The position numbers were made by a program, and so were the translations under genes. From a virus (lineage: Duplodnaviria > Caudoviricetes), in IMG/VR virus record IMGVR_UViG_3300025673_000006, positions 1 to 42,018 of that record: a stretch of DNA of 42,018 bases; one strand, 5' to 3'. This document shows, piece by piece, positions 1-7,607 of this stretch. Position 1 is the first letter of the stretch. Each line of letters starts with the position of its first letter. A model generated the notes under the pieces. The model worked only from the letters and a program-made list of their open reading frames with translations. It did not search any database and was not told the origin of the DNA.

Positions 1-448
1 TGTCACCATTCTCTGGACGGTGGCGCGGAGATACAGTGATATACCCACCCACTGGGAGTTCGGGAGACATTACCTCACTTAGAATCTCCAAAGCAAAACA
101 GGTCTTCGCGCAATCCCATGCCGCAGGGATCAGGGTCAGTGGCCTATCCATCCCAAGGGGGGCGTCTTCCCACGAAACTACAGGTATATAATGTTGTGAC
201 GGGGCAGGTGGAGCATCTCTGATTGCAGGGTGGTCATCAGGGAGTGTGGACAACCAACCTTCTGGCAAATTTAACCGCGCCTCAAACTTACTAGCCGATC
301 TCTCGCCCATGTTTCTCAGTCCATTGACCAACTGGTAGACGTACCCTGTCGATACGCCCATGGCCTTGGCTATCTGTCCTTGACTGCCATATTTGTTCAC
401 AACCTCTATGAAGTTGAGTTTGCGAATTTCTGCTACATCTACTGACAT
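1..448 (-). CDS. cI: CI/LexA-like phage repressor (HTH + S24-like domain), runs off left edge
   Basis: Not in ORF track (no stop in window). Hand translation from ATG at 448: MSVDVAEIRKLNFIEVVNKYGSQGQIAKAMGVSTGYVYQLVNGLRNMGERSASKFEARLNLPEGWL (XRE HTH)...IPVVSW...CFALEILSEVMSPELPVGGYITVSPRHRPENGD (S24-like). SD-like GGTGAG upstream; divergent from a cro-like gene. Confidence 0.85.
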   Translation of the reverse strand, partial: MSVDVAEIRKLNFIEVVNKYGSQGQIAKAMGVSTGYVYQLVNGLRNMGERSASKFEARLNLPEGWLSTLPDDHPAIRDAPPAPSQHYIPVVSWEDAPLGMDRPLTLIPAAWDCAKTCFALEILSEVMSPELPVGGYITVSPRHRPENGD

Positions 449-487
449 TAAGCACTCACCCCCCAAAAAAAGTCTGGATTATATAGT

Positions 488-508
488 AAAAAGTGGGTCA
501 TAGCCCAC
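488..508 (-). terminator. Weak hairpin + U-tract in repressor leader
   Basis: Minus strand GTGGG-CTATGA-CCCAC followed by TTTTT; only a 5-bp stem. Confidence 0.3.
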
Positions 509-525
509 AAAAATGAATTAACCCT

Positions 526-557
526 ATCGTACACCCCGTACCACGGTACGGAGTCAA
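526..557 (-). promoter_or_regulatory. MerR-family-type promoter/operator facing cI
   Basis: Minus strand TTGACT-20 bp-TACGAT with a 22-bp dyad ACTCCGTACC-GT-GGTACGGGGT (533-554) starting inside the -35. Confidence 0.5.
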
Positions 558-581
558 GCTAAAGTTTGATATTAATCCTAT

Positions 582-621
582 AGCTTATGCTATATATACG
601 CCCCTTGACAGACGCAGTCAA
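582..621 (-). promoter_or_regulatory. Possible second leftward promoter with operator-like site
   Basis: TTGACT (616-621)-17 bp-TATATA (593-598); operator variant AGCTTATGCT at 582-591. The -10 is imperfect. Confidence 0.35.
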
Positions 622-652
622 CCCCAACTGTTAGATAAATGTGACAAATAAC

Positions 653-681
653 TTGTGAGACTCATAAGCATTTGCTATGAT
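653..681 (+). promoter_or_regulatory. pR-like promoter with overlapping operator
   Basis: TTGTGA (653-658)-17 bp-TATGAT (676-681), extended -10 TG at 673-674; palindrome AGCATTTGCT at 667-676. Confidence 0.7.
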
Positions 682-687
682 GTGAGC

Positions 688-909
688 ATGAAATATAAAA
701 AATACTATGCGACTCTGAATAGAGAGCAGAAAAAAACACTAGCCGAAAGGCTACACACATCTCCTGAATATCTAGCTCAGTTAAATTCTGGCATGAGGTA
801 CGCAGGTTTAAAAATTGTAAGGGCTATCGAACCCGCAACAGACGGGGTCGTGGAAATGCATGAACTGCCCCTCAAACCATTACCGCGATCACTGGTCGTG
901 TCGTTCTAA
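688..909 (+). CDS. cro: Cro/YdaS-like HTH regulator
   Basis: 73 aa from ATG 688 (QKKTLAERLHTSPEYLAQLNSGMR...AIEPATDGVVEMHEL), YdaS/Cro-like pattern; divergent from cI. Confidence 0.75.
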   Translation: MKYKKYYATLNREQKKTLAERLHTSPEYLAQLNSGMRYAGLKIVRAIEPATDGVVEMHELPLKPLPRSLVVSF

Positions 910-935
910 ACTCAAGTGCTGATTGAGTCCCTTTA

Positions 936-962
936 AGCCTCCCTCGCGGAGGCTCTTTTTTT
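936..962 (+). terminator. Intrinsic terminator after cro (tR1-like)
   Basis: AGCCTCC-CTCGC-GGAGGCT then CTTTTTTT; a second hairpin ACTCAA-N7-TTGAGT at 910-928. Confidence 0.75.
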
Positions 963-990
963 GGCGGTATGTACAATGGAGAGTTAATCC

Positions 991-3354
991 GTGTCTGAAA
1001 ATAACGTAGCAGTTTTAAATAATTTAGCAAGTCTTGCTCATCAACTAGATGATGCTCCCGAAAAAGAGGGTGACTCATTCTTAGTGCATTGTGTTGCTCA
1101 TGAAGACACACACCGCAGTCTTCTGCTCAGTGAGGGAGCAACGGGCAAGACGATTGTGTATTGCAGGGCAGGCTGCACTCAAACCAAAGTGATCTCAGAA
1201 CTTAGAGACCGTGGATTGTGGAGAGCAACCCCTCGCCCCGTGGTGGCGTCAGTTCTATACCATTATATAGACGAGTTTGGACGAGAGTTCATGACCAAGC
1301 GCAAGACCCCCAAGACCACGGTGAAAGGTAAGAATAAGTATGCTATTGGTAAGATGGACGATGAGAAGTTCAAGGCCAGTGGCAAGCCAGAAGGTACACC
1401 CCCGCTCTACGGGTTGGTCAGTCTTCTTGAGGGTGAGCCTGAGTTTGTTTGTGTTGTTGAGGGTGAGAAGGATGTTGACTCTATAGTCAGTCGTGGTGGC
1501 GTTGCAGTTTGCAACTATGACGGGGCAGGTAAATGGAGTGATGAGTACACTAATGTCCTGAGAGGCCATCGGGTTCTGATCATCCCTGACAACGATAGGG
1601 CTGGTCGTGATCACGCTTCTCTGGTTGGGGGTAAGTTAGATGAAGCCGGTATTGACGTTAAAGTTTGGTATATCGATGATATCGAAGAGAAGAGTGACGT
1701 CACAGATTGGTTTGAAGACCACAGTGGTACTTGGGAAAAGCTGAGAGAGTCTTACAGACTCTGTAGTTCTTTTGATTCAGCAGACGATGGGTCACCGTGG
1801 ACAGATAGAATGTTGGTTACTGAGCGGGGTGGCTTTGAGCGTGTTCTTTACAACGTGAAACTCATGCTTGAGAATTCTCCTAAGACCAAGGGTGTCCTGA
1901 AGTACAACGAGTTCCAACAACGATCTGAGGTAGCGAACTCTGTGCCATGGAGACGTAAGGATCACGACTTGGCGATCACAGATTACGATACGTTAGAGAT
2001 GACATCCTACATGAACGAAGGTGGCCTGATGGTCAGTAAGTCCATGGTCGATCAGGGTGCTGAAGTAATCTCTAAGAAAAGAGACAACAGATATGACCCT
2101 TTAAAAGATTATTTATCGGTCTTAAATTGGGACGGTGTGGGTCGTGTCGATAGGTGGCTCAAGGAAATTGGGGCAACATCTGACGAGGAGTACTGCAAGC
2201 GTGTTGGTGCTGTGTGGTTAATCGCAGGTGTGGCCCGTGGATTGAACAGTGATGGTGTGAAGGCGGATCAGATGCTGATTCTTGAGGGCGATCAAGGCAT
2301 CAGGAAATCAACGTGTGCCAAGGCCCTGTGTCCCGTAGACGAGTGGTTTACGGACAGCGTTAACACCTTTGAAGACAACGATACTATCTTGAAGATGCAG
2401 GGCAAATGGATCATTGAGATTCCAGAACTTGCGGCATTTAATAAGACTCAGATCAACCAACAGAAAGCATTCCTAAGTCGTACACATGACACAATGCGTC
2501 TGGCTTATGCTCGGTTCGACTCAACCTTTCCAAGACGTTGTATCTTCATAGGTTCGCATAACCCAGAGGGTGATGGTGGCTATCTGAATGACTCGTCAGG
2601 AAGTCGTAGAGTTCTGCCCGTCAGCATGGGTGGTGATATCAACATCGAGTGGCTTGAGAAGAATAGAGATCAGTTATGGGCAGAGGCCGTGGCTCGGTAC
2701 AAGGGGGGAGAAAAGTGGTGGTTCGATCCTAGTGATGCTATCAATCAGCAGGTTCTGGATGAGCAGACAGCTAGGTATAAAGAGCATGAGATCATGGAAG
2801 AAGTGCGGCACTTCTTGACACACAGACCTGTGAATATAGGTGGCGTCATAGAGTGGACGGAACGTGATGAACCTGACCTAGTGTTTTTCCCTAAAGTTTT
2901 CTGGGAATCTATGTACGGGGAAGATTATGCGACTAAATGTCCCAAGCATACTAAGGATGGCATGGCCCGTGGAATGAGGATTCGGAAGTGGAAGAAGGGC
3001 AAATACTACTGCAAAACCACCAAGACTACGAAGGGTGGGTGGCGTGAAACTGATGAATCTGAGGGGTTTGAAAATGTAAAAGGTGAGGTTTCCAATAAAC
3101 CCACAGCAAGTGCTAGTGAAAAAGAGGGCAAAAACCCTCACTCTGCTTTTTCGGAAAATAGGGGTGAGGTCGGTTTACCCACAGCAAATGCTAGGGGTGA
3201 TGGTGGTCGTGGAAGTACACCTCCCCCTAAAGTCGAGGTGAGGTCGGAGAAAAGTGAGGAAAACGGGGAGGTCGTGGAGTCAGTAATGGCGGGGTCTGTA
3301 GAGGTATCTCCCCTTTCTCACCCTACTACTACAAAGAGTATATTTGACAGGTAA
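991..3354 (+). CDS. Primase-helicase (Zn-binding N-terminus, TOPRIM, VirE/VapE SF3 ATPase)
   Basis: HCVAHED...CRAGC; TOPRIM VVEGEKDV and IIPDNDRAG; Walker A EGDQGIRKST; WIIEIPEL; PRRCIFIGSHN...GSRR; RDQLWAEA typical of VirE family. Confidence 0.88.
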   Translation: MSENNVAVLNNLASLAHQLDDAPEKEGDSFLVHCVAHEDTHRSLLLSEGATGKTIVYCRAGCTQTKVISELRDRGLWRATPRPVVASVLYHYIDEFGREFMTKRKTPKTTVKGKNKYAIGKMDDEKFKASGKPEGTPPLYGLVSLLEGEPEFVCVVEGEKDVDSIVSRGGVAVCNYDGAGKWSDEYTNVLRGHRVLIIPDNDRAGRDHASLVGGKLDEAGIDVKVWYIDDIEEKSDVTDWFEDHSGTWEKLRESYRLCSSFDSADDGSPWTDRMLVTERGGFERVLYNVKLMLENSPKTKGVLKYNEFQQRSEVANSVPWRRKDHDLAITDYDTLEMTSYMNEGGLMVSKSMVDQGAEVISKKRDNRYDPLKDYLSVLNWDGVGRVDRWLKEIGATSDEEYCKRVGAVWLIAGVARGLNSDGVKADQMLILEGDQGIRKSTCAKALCPVDEWFTDSVNTFEDNDTILKMQGKWIIEIPELAAFNKTQINQQKAFLSRTHDTMRLAYARFDSTFPRRCIFIGSHNPEGDGGYLNDSSGSRRVLPVSMGGDINIEWLEKNRDQLWAEAVARYKGGEKWWFDPSDAINQQVLDEQTARYKEHEIMEEVRHFLTHRPVNIGGVIEWTERDEPDLVFFPKVFWESMYGEDYATKCPKHTKDGMARGMRIRKWKKGKYYCKTTKTTKGGWRETDESEGFENVKGEVSNKPTASASEKEGKNPHSAFSENRGEVGLPTANARGDGGRGSTPPPKVEVRSEKSEENGEVVESVMAGSVEVSPLSHPTTTKSIFDR

Positions 3355-3462
3355 ATATGACTAATATAAAAAAGCGTAGTATGGAGAAGAGTGTTGCCAC
3401 TTTTGGAGTGAGAAAGGTGAGGTCTTGGATCGGGTCAAAAAATGTACCTCCCCTTTCTCACC
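3082..3462. repeat. Iteron-like repeat cluster, candidate replication origin
   Basis: GGTGAGGT at 3082, 3163, 3237, 3416; ACCCACAGCAARTGCTAG at 3099 and 3177; exact CTCCCCTTTCTCACC at 3308 and 3448; inverted GTGAGAAAGG at 3408. Confidence 0.55.
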
Positions 3463-5198
3463 TCGTAACTGGTGAAACTTTGCTTCGGGATTTGAGTGAG
3501 TGGATGAGTGGTTTTGAGGGGGTCTTTGGACTCGATCTTGAGACCACGGATTTGAGTGGTCGATGGGCATCAGGTGGTCGGGTTCGACTGCTCCAGATTT
3601 ACCGTGGGGATATCGATCAAGGGATTGTTATTGATGTCGGTGACTGCGGCCTTGAACCTTTTAAAGAGGTCATGGAAGGTCATGTATATGTTGCTCACAA
3701 TGCTGTGTTTGAACAGACATGGTTCGTAGATGCTGATATACACATAGAAGTTCACGACACAATGCTTGCGTACTCAGCAATGGTTGGTGGCGTCATGAGT
3801 TTGAATGATATGAGTAAGAGATTGCTCGGGGTCGAACTTGATAAGTCATTTCAGAAAGGTGGGTGGGGCCGTGAGGAATTGTCTAATGGGCAAATTGGTT
3901 ACGCCTTTACCGATGCATGGGTGGTGTTAGAGATATGGGATTTAGTTTCCGCGGAGATGGATCAGAAAGATTGTCGGTCAGGATATGAGGTTTTGCTCGG
4001 TGCTGTACCCATGGTAGTCGAGATGCAACTCCACGGATTTACTTTCGATGTTGACTCCCACGCCCAGTTCATAGCGAAGTTTCAGAAAGGGTATGAGACT
4101 GCTGAATCCTACCTCAGATGGAAGGTCGGTGACGATGTTGAGAATTGGGGATCGGTGCGTCAGATTGACGTATGGTTTGAGCAGAAATTAGCTGATCTTC
4201 CACGGGAAGAAAGACGGAAGGTTTATCGGTGGCCCAAGACCCCCAAAGGTATGCGTTCCTATGGCTCAGTGGCCCTCAGTGAGGTGATAAGCAAGGGACT
4301 AGTGCCACAGTCTTTGGTAAAGATTTTCAGGGCTTATACGGTACGACAGAAGAGGGCAAAAATCATCAGTTCGTTTGGTGAATCTCTGCTTGGACGAGTA
4401 TATGACGGAAGGATAAAAGGAAACTTCTCAATCTCCCGTGCCAAGACGGGCCGTATGTCAAGTGACAAGCCGAACTTCCAGAATTTTCCCAATGGTAAAT
4501 TTCGTGATCTGTTTGTTGCATCGAAAGGCCATCAGCTTGTCATCTGTGATTACTCGCAGATAGAAGTGAGATGCCAAGGCGAGATGGCAGATGAGGATGT
4601 GTTCCGTGAGATTTTCAAATCTGGTGGTGACTTTCATTACAATACCGCGAGTGCAATGTTCCACAAGCCAGTGTCTGAGATATCAAAAGAGGAGAGGCGT
4701 AGGGCAAAGGCGTTAACTTTCGGCATTCAATATGGTATGGGTACGGCATCAATTGCTAGGGCGTTGGGTGTTGATACAGCAGAGGCTGAAATCTACTTAC
4801 AAGCATGGCTTGATAAGTATCCGAAGGTCAGGGCATGGAGGGACAAGGCATTAGCGTTAGGTCAGACAGGGCAACCAATAAGAACGGCAGGGGGGAGGTT
4901 GATTTCGGGGACGTCTAAGTTTGTCCCTGCCCAACTCGTAAATTTTCCTGTACAGGGCAGTGCAGGTGATGTCTTATACAATGCGATGAGAAGGGTGATG
5001 GTGGACAAAGACGCAGATGTGAAAGCGTTATCTGTTGTCCACGATGAGATAATTTTAGAGTGTCCAACGGACAAGGTCGAGGACACAAAGAAGATGTTAG
5101 AAAGTGCTATGGCGAATGGGTATCTGGATGTGTTTCCAGATGCAGACATAACGGGCATCGTGGATGCAGAATCGGGTGATAATTGGGGAGCAAAGTAA
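3357..5198 (+). CDS. polA: Family A DNA polymerase with 3'-5' exonuclease
   Basis: ExoI GLDLETT, ExoII AHNAVFE, ExoIII YAFTDA; TGRMSSDKPNFQN; motif A CDYSQIEVR, motif B RRRAKALTFGIQYG, motif C VVHDEII. Confidence 0.96.
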   Translation: MTNIKKRSMEKSVATFGVRKVRSWIGSKNVPPLSHLVTGETLLRDLSEWMSGFEGVFGLDLETTDLSGRWASGGRVRLLQIYRGDIDQGIVIDVGDCGLEPFKEVMEGHVYVAHNAVFEQTWFVDADIHIEVHDTMLAYSAMVGGVMSLNDMSKRLLGVELDKSFQKGGWGREELSNGQIGYAFTDAWVVLEIWDLVSAEMDQKDCRSGYEVLLGAVPMVVEMQLHGFTFDVDSHAQFIAKFQKGYETAESYLRWKVGDDVENWGSVRQIDVWFEQKLADLPREERRKVYRWPKTPKGMRSYGSVALSEVISKGLVPQSLVKIFRAYTVRQKRAKIISSFGESLLGRVYDGRIKGNFSISRAKTGRMSSDKPNFQNFPNGKFRDLFVASKGHQLVICDYSQIEVRCQGEMADEDVFREIFKSGGDFHYNTASAMFHKPVSEISKEERRRAKALTFGIQYGMGTASIARALGVDTAEAEIYLQAWLDKYPKVRAWRDKALALGQTGQPIRTAGGRLISGTSKFVPAQLVNFPVQGSAGDVLYNAMRRVMVDKDADVKALSVVHDEIILECPTDKVEDTKKMLESAMANGYLDVFPDADITGIVDAESGDNWGAK

Positions 5199-5686
5199 TG
5201 AATAATATGGTTGAAAGAGTGGTCGATTGGAATCTAATCGCAGGTAATTACAGGGGTGATCTTGAACATCCACCGTGGAACTCAGTTTGGAGACAGTATG
5301 TGTTGCTGAAAGAAGAGTTTGAAGAGACTGAATACGCCCTTGCAAACAGAGATATAACAGAGGTTGTAGATGGGGCCGTGGACTGTATGGTGGTGTGTAT
5401 TGGCCTGCTGAATAGATTAGGGTTGAGTAAAGATCAGGTCAACTCTGCCATTGATGAGGTGCTTAGTTCAAACGAAAGCAAATTCACAACAGACAAACGG
5501 GTTGCTCTTGAATCTGCTGATCGCTATATCAGGGCAGGGGTAGCAGTTGAAGTTAGTAAGTCTTCACCGTACATTCTAAAAGTTTCGGGGGGTTCTAACC
5601 CTGAGTACCCGATAGGTAAAATTCTGAAGGTAGATTCTTATGTAAAACCTGATCTTGAGTCTGCTCTTCGGGAGACGTTATATTGA
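5198..5686 (+). CDS. All-alpha NTP pyrophosphohydrolase (MazG/PRA-PH-like)
   Basis: LLKEEFEE...EVVDGAVDCMVV...VLSSNESK...GKILK; ATG overlaps polA stop (TAATG). Confidence 0.78.
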   Translation: MNNMVERVVDWNLIAGNYRGDLEHPPWNSVWRQYVLLKEEFEETEYALANRDITEVVDGAVDCMVVCIGLLNRLGLSKDQVNSAIDEVLSSNESKFTTDKRVALESADRYIRAGVAVEVSKSSPYILKVSGGSNPEYPIGKILKVDSYVKPDLESALRETLY

Positions 5687-5883
5687 GAATTAAGACAGGT
5701 GATTACGAGATTAAATTTTACGACAGGTATGGGGCCAAGGTGAAGACAACACGTAAAGCATCAGCGTCCAGTTACACATCAGCGATTTTGAAAGGGAGAA
5801 AATTCATTGGTATCCACGGCCTTAACTCTTTTCGTGTTGACCGTTTGATCTATAACTCGTTAGACAAGCGAGGGTTCTTGTGA
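5683..5883 (+). CDS. Hypothetical basic protein
   Basis: 66 aa, TTG start overlapping the upstream stop, GGAG SD. Confidence 0.55.
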   Translation: MRIKTGDYEIKFYDRYGAKVKTTRKASASSYTSAILKGRKFIGIHGLNSFRVDRLIYNSLDKRGFL

Positions 5884-6014
5884 GGGAGTGGTTGAATCGA
5901 TGGATAGGTTGGGGCCGTGATGACCATAAATGTAGGGGGTATATCGTATCCCCAAGGGAAGGCGTTAAAACTTGTACAACTTGTGGAAAACGAACACCCC
6001 TGTCTCAAGTGTAA
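5880..6014 (+). CDS. Small Zn-ribbon-like protein (44 aa)
   Basis: Below ORF-track cutoff; GTGA overlap; MREWLNRWIGWGRDDHKCRGYIVSPREGVKTCTTCGKRTPLSQV (HxC...CxxC). Confidence 0.5.
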   Translation: MREWLNRWIGWGRDDHKCRGYIVSPREGVKTCTTCGKRTPLSQV

Positions 6015-6166
6015 TCATCGTACAAAGAGAGATAGTCGGTGTATTGTAGGTACTCTTTTAACTGATCATCCCGCAACTTTTTGAAACCCAAACACCACTC
6101 ACATTGGTATTTGTGGGTGGTGTCCTCGGCTATGCCAGTACCTTGACATGGTGGGCAGGGGGTCAT
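6005..6166 (-). CDS. Small DnaJ-type zinc-finger protein (53 aa)
   Basis: Below cutoff; TGATG coupling; MTPCPPCQGTGIAEDTTHKYQCEWCLGFKK... (CxxCxGxG...CxxCxG). Confidence 0.6.
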   Translation of the reverse strand: MTPCPPCQGTGIAEDTTHKYQCEWCLGFKKLRDDQLKEYLQYTDYLSLYDDYT

Positions 6167-6501
6167 CAATGGACTGTCCTAGTATTTGAGTTTATAAACT
6201 CAAAGTTTACATTCACTTCCTCATCACTAAAGTCATACGCTATCTTCTCGACAAGAGTCTCGACAATCTCTGACCATTGGCCTACATCAGCTTCAGCGGT
6301 CAGTAGGCTAAACAATCCACAACCCACCAACACTTCACTCAACTTAGACACGGTGACATCATCGTCACCATGACGTTGTGACAACAACCGCAATGCCCTG
6401 AGAAAAGTGTTGACCGCATCTTCCCTGAGTTGAGTGTCCTTATCCCTCAACGTATCCAATTCTGCCTGAGTTAACTTTTTATCCATGGCTAAGTTTACCA
6501 C
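6166..6501 (-). CDS. Hypothetical protein
   Basis: 111-aa ORF in tightly packed leftward operon; start could be ATG 6486. Confidence 0.65.
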   Translation of the reverse strand: MVNLAMDKKLTQAELDTLRDKDTQLREDAVNTFLRALRLLSQRHGDDDVTVSKLSEVLVGCGLFSLLTAEADVGQWSEIVETLVEKIAYDFSDEEVNVNFEFINSNTRTVH

Positions 6502-6703
6502 CGAACACCCCAGAATAAATGTTCTGGGTGTAACGAGGTTCCCGATGGTTCACTACCCTGAACTCTCGTATGTCTGCATCCACAACCCCCCTCAGAAACT
6601 TAGTTGCTTTCCGATGACTGTTGAACTCAGCTAATTCCAACCATCTGTTGCCAACCCTTTCTTCCACGATTAGCCACCGCTTAAACGACTGTAGTCTGCT
6701 CAT
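6479..6703 (-). CDS. Hypothetical protein
   Basis: 74 aa, ATGA overlap with the upstream gene, GAGGGG SD. Confidence 0.6.
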   Translation of the reverse strand: MSRLQSFKRWLIVEERVGNRWLELAEFNSHRKATKFLRGVVDADIREFRVVNHREPRYTQNIYSGVFGGKLSHG

Positions 6704-7311
6704 GACTTAACCCCTCTCGGTGTAGGTATCACCTCATTGATATAGTTGCGTAACGCACGTTGTGCGTCCATCACACCGTACTCAGCGGGGATAGTCTCCC
6801 TGAGAATTTCTTGCATAATAAATATTTTCATATCCTCATGGTTCTCAGGCCCGCCCCCCATCACAGGGTAGACAGTACACTCAAGCCAACCGTATATAAA
6901 ATCTCTCAACGTCTCGATGGTGTTGGTGTCCCAGTTGCGGTCAGACCACATATCAGATACCGTCTGTTCGATTAGATCAAGCGACTCCCAGAATGCGTGT
7001 GGTTTAACCCATAGAATCGGAAGTTCAGCATCACTACCTTCCACTATGGATGAGATGCCAACACCTGTAATTTCAACCTTACTGCTCGGTGTGTCAGACA
7101 AGGGGTTGTAGATGCTATCCCTTCGGGGTAGGTCTTCACCACTAGTCACCCAACTACCCATGTCGTTCAGTTGGAACTTCACGGAGATGTTCACCCCCAC
7201 GCCCGCCTTGTATATACTGCGGTAGAATTCATACGGTGACTCATAGTCCTTCATCAGTTCCTTGAAACTACTTACTGGTTTTTCTTCCATTACTCGGTTT
7301 GTTCTGCTCAT
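6700..7311 (-). CDS. Hypothetical protein
   Basis: 203 aa, ATGA overlap, GAGG SD; no motif recognised. Confidence 0.7.
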   Translation of the reverse strand: MSRTNRVMEEKPVSSFKELMKDYESPYEFYRSIYKAGVGVNISVKFQLNDMGSWVTSGEDLPRRDSIYNPLSDTPSSKVEITGVGISSIVEGSDAELPILWVKPHAFWESLDLIEQTVSDMWSDRNWDTNTIETLRDFIYGWLECTVYPVMGGGPENHEDMKIFIMQEILRETIPAEYGVMDAQRALRNYINEVIPTPRGVKS

Positions 7312-7535
7312 AACTCACCTCTTATGATTAAAATTTCCTTGATTAATGCATCCAACTTTTTCTTTTGATCGCTGACAAACTCATGTGCAACCTCGACATA
7401 CGGGCTGTCCAAAAACTTTAAAGCCACCGCTAATGACTGACCTTTGTCGATATCTTTTTCTACTTGTTTGCGTTGCATATCAAGAGTAGTAACCCTTTCC
7501 GTTTTGTATTCAATAACATCCATCTCACTCTCCAT
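7308..7535 (-). CDS. Hypothetical coiled-coil protein
   Basis: 75 aa; true start may be ATG 7523 using GGAG in AAAAATGGAG as SD. Confidence 0.6.
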   Translation of the reverse strand: MESEMDVIEYKTERVTTLDMQRKQVEKDIDKGQSLAVALKFLDSPYVEVAHEFVSDQKKKLDALIKEILIIRGEL

Positions 7536-7550
7536 TTTTGTTATAATTAC

Positions 7551-7602
7551 TTGCGGTTAAAACTTGCGGCTAAGATTTTTTTGCGATAGGTCTTAGCCGC
7601 AA
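7551..7602. promoter_or_regulatory. Inverted/direct repeat TTGCGGYTAA (hairpin or binding site)
   Basis: TTGCGGTTAA 7551, TTGCGGCTAAGA 7564-7575, inverted TCTTAGCCGCAA 7591-7602 (12-bp stem, 15-nt loop). Confidence 0.55.
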
Positions 7603-7607
7603 ACTTT

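Noticed and set aside
605-621. TTGAC-N7-GTCAA as an FNR/CRP site or rightward promoter
   Set aside because: Spacing does not fit FNR (TTGAT-N4-ATCAA), and no -10 lies 17 bp downstream of TTGACA on the + strand.
2281-2313. Inactive helicase due to Walker A GIRKST
   Set aside because: The catalytic Lys-Ser/Thr is intact; substitution at this Gly alone is not enough to call it inactive.
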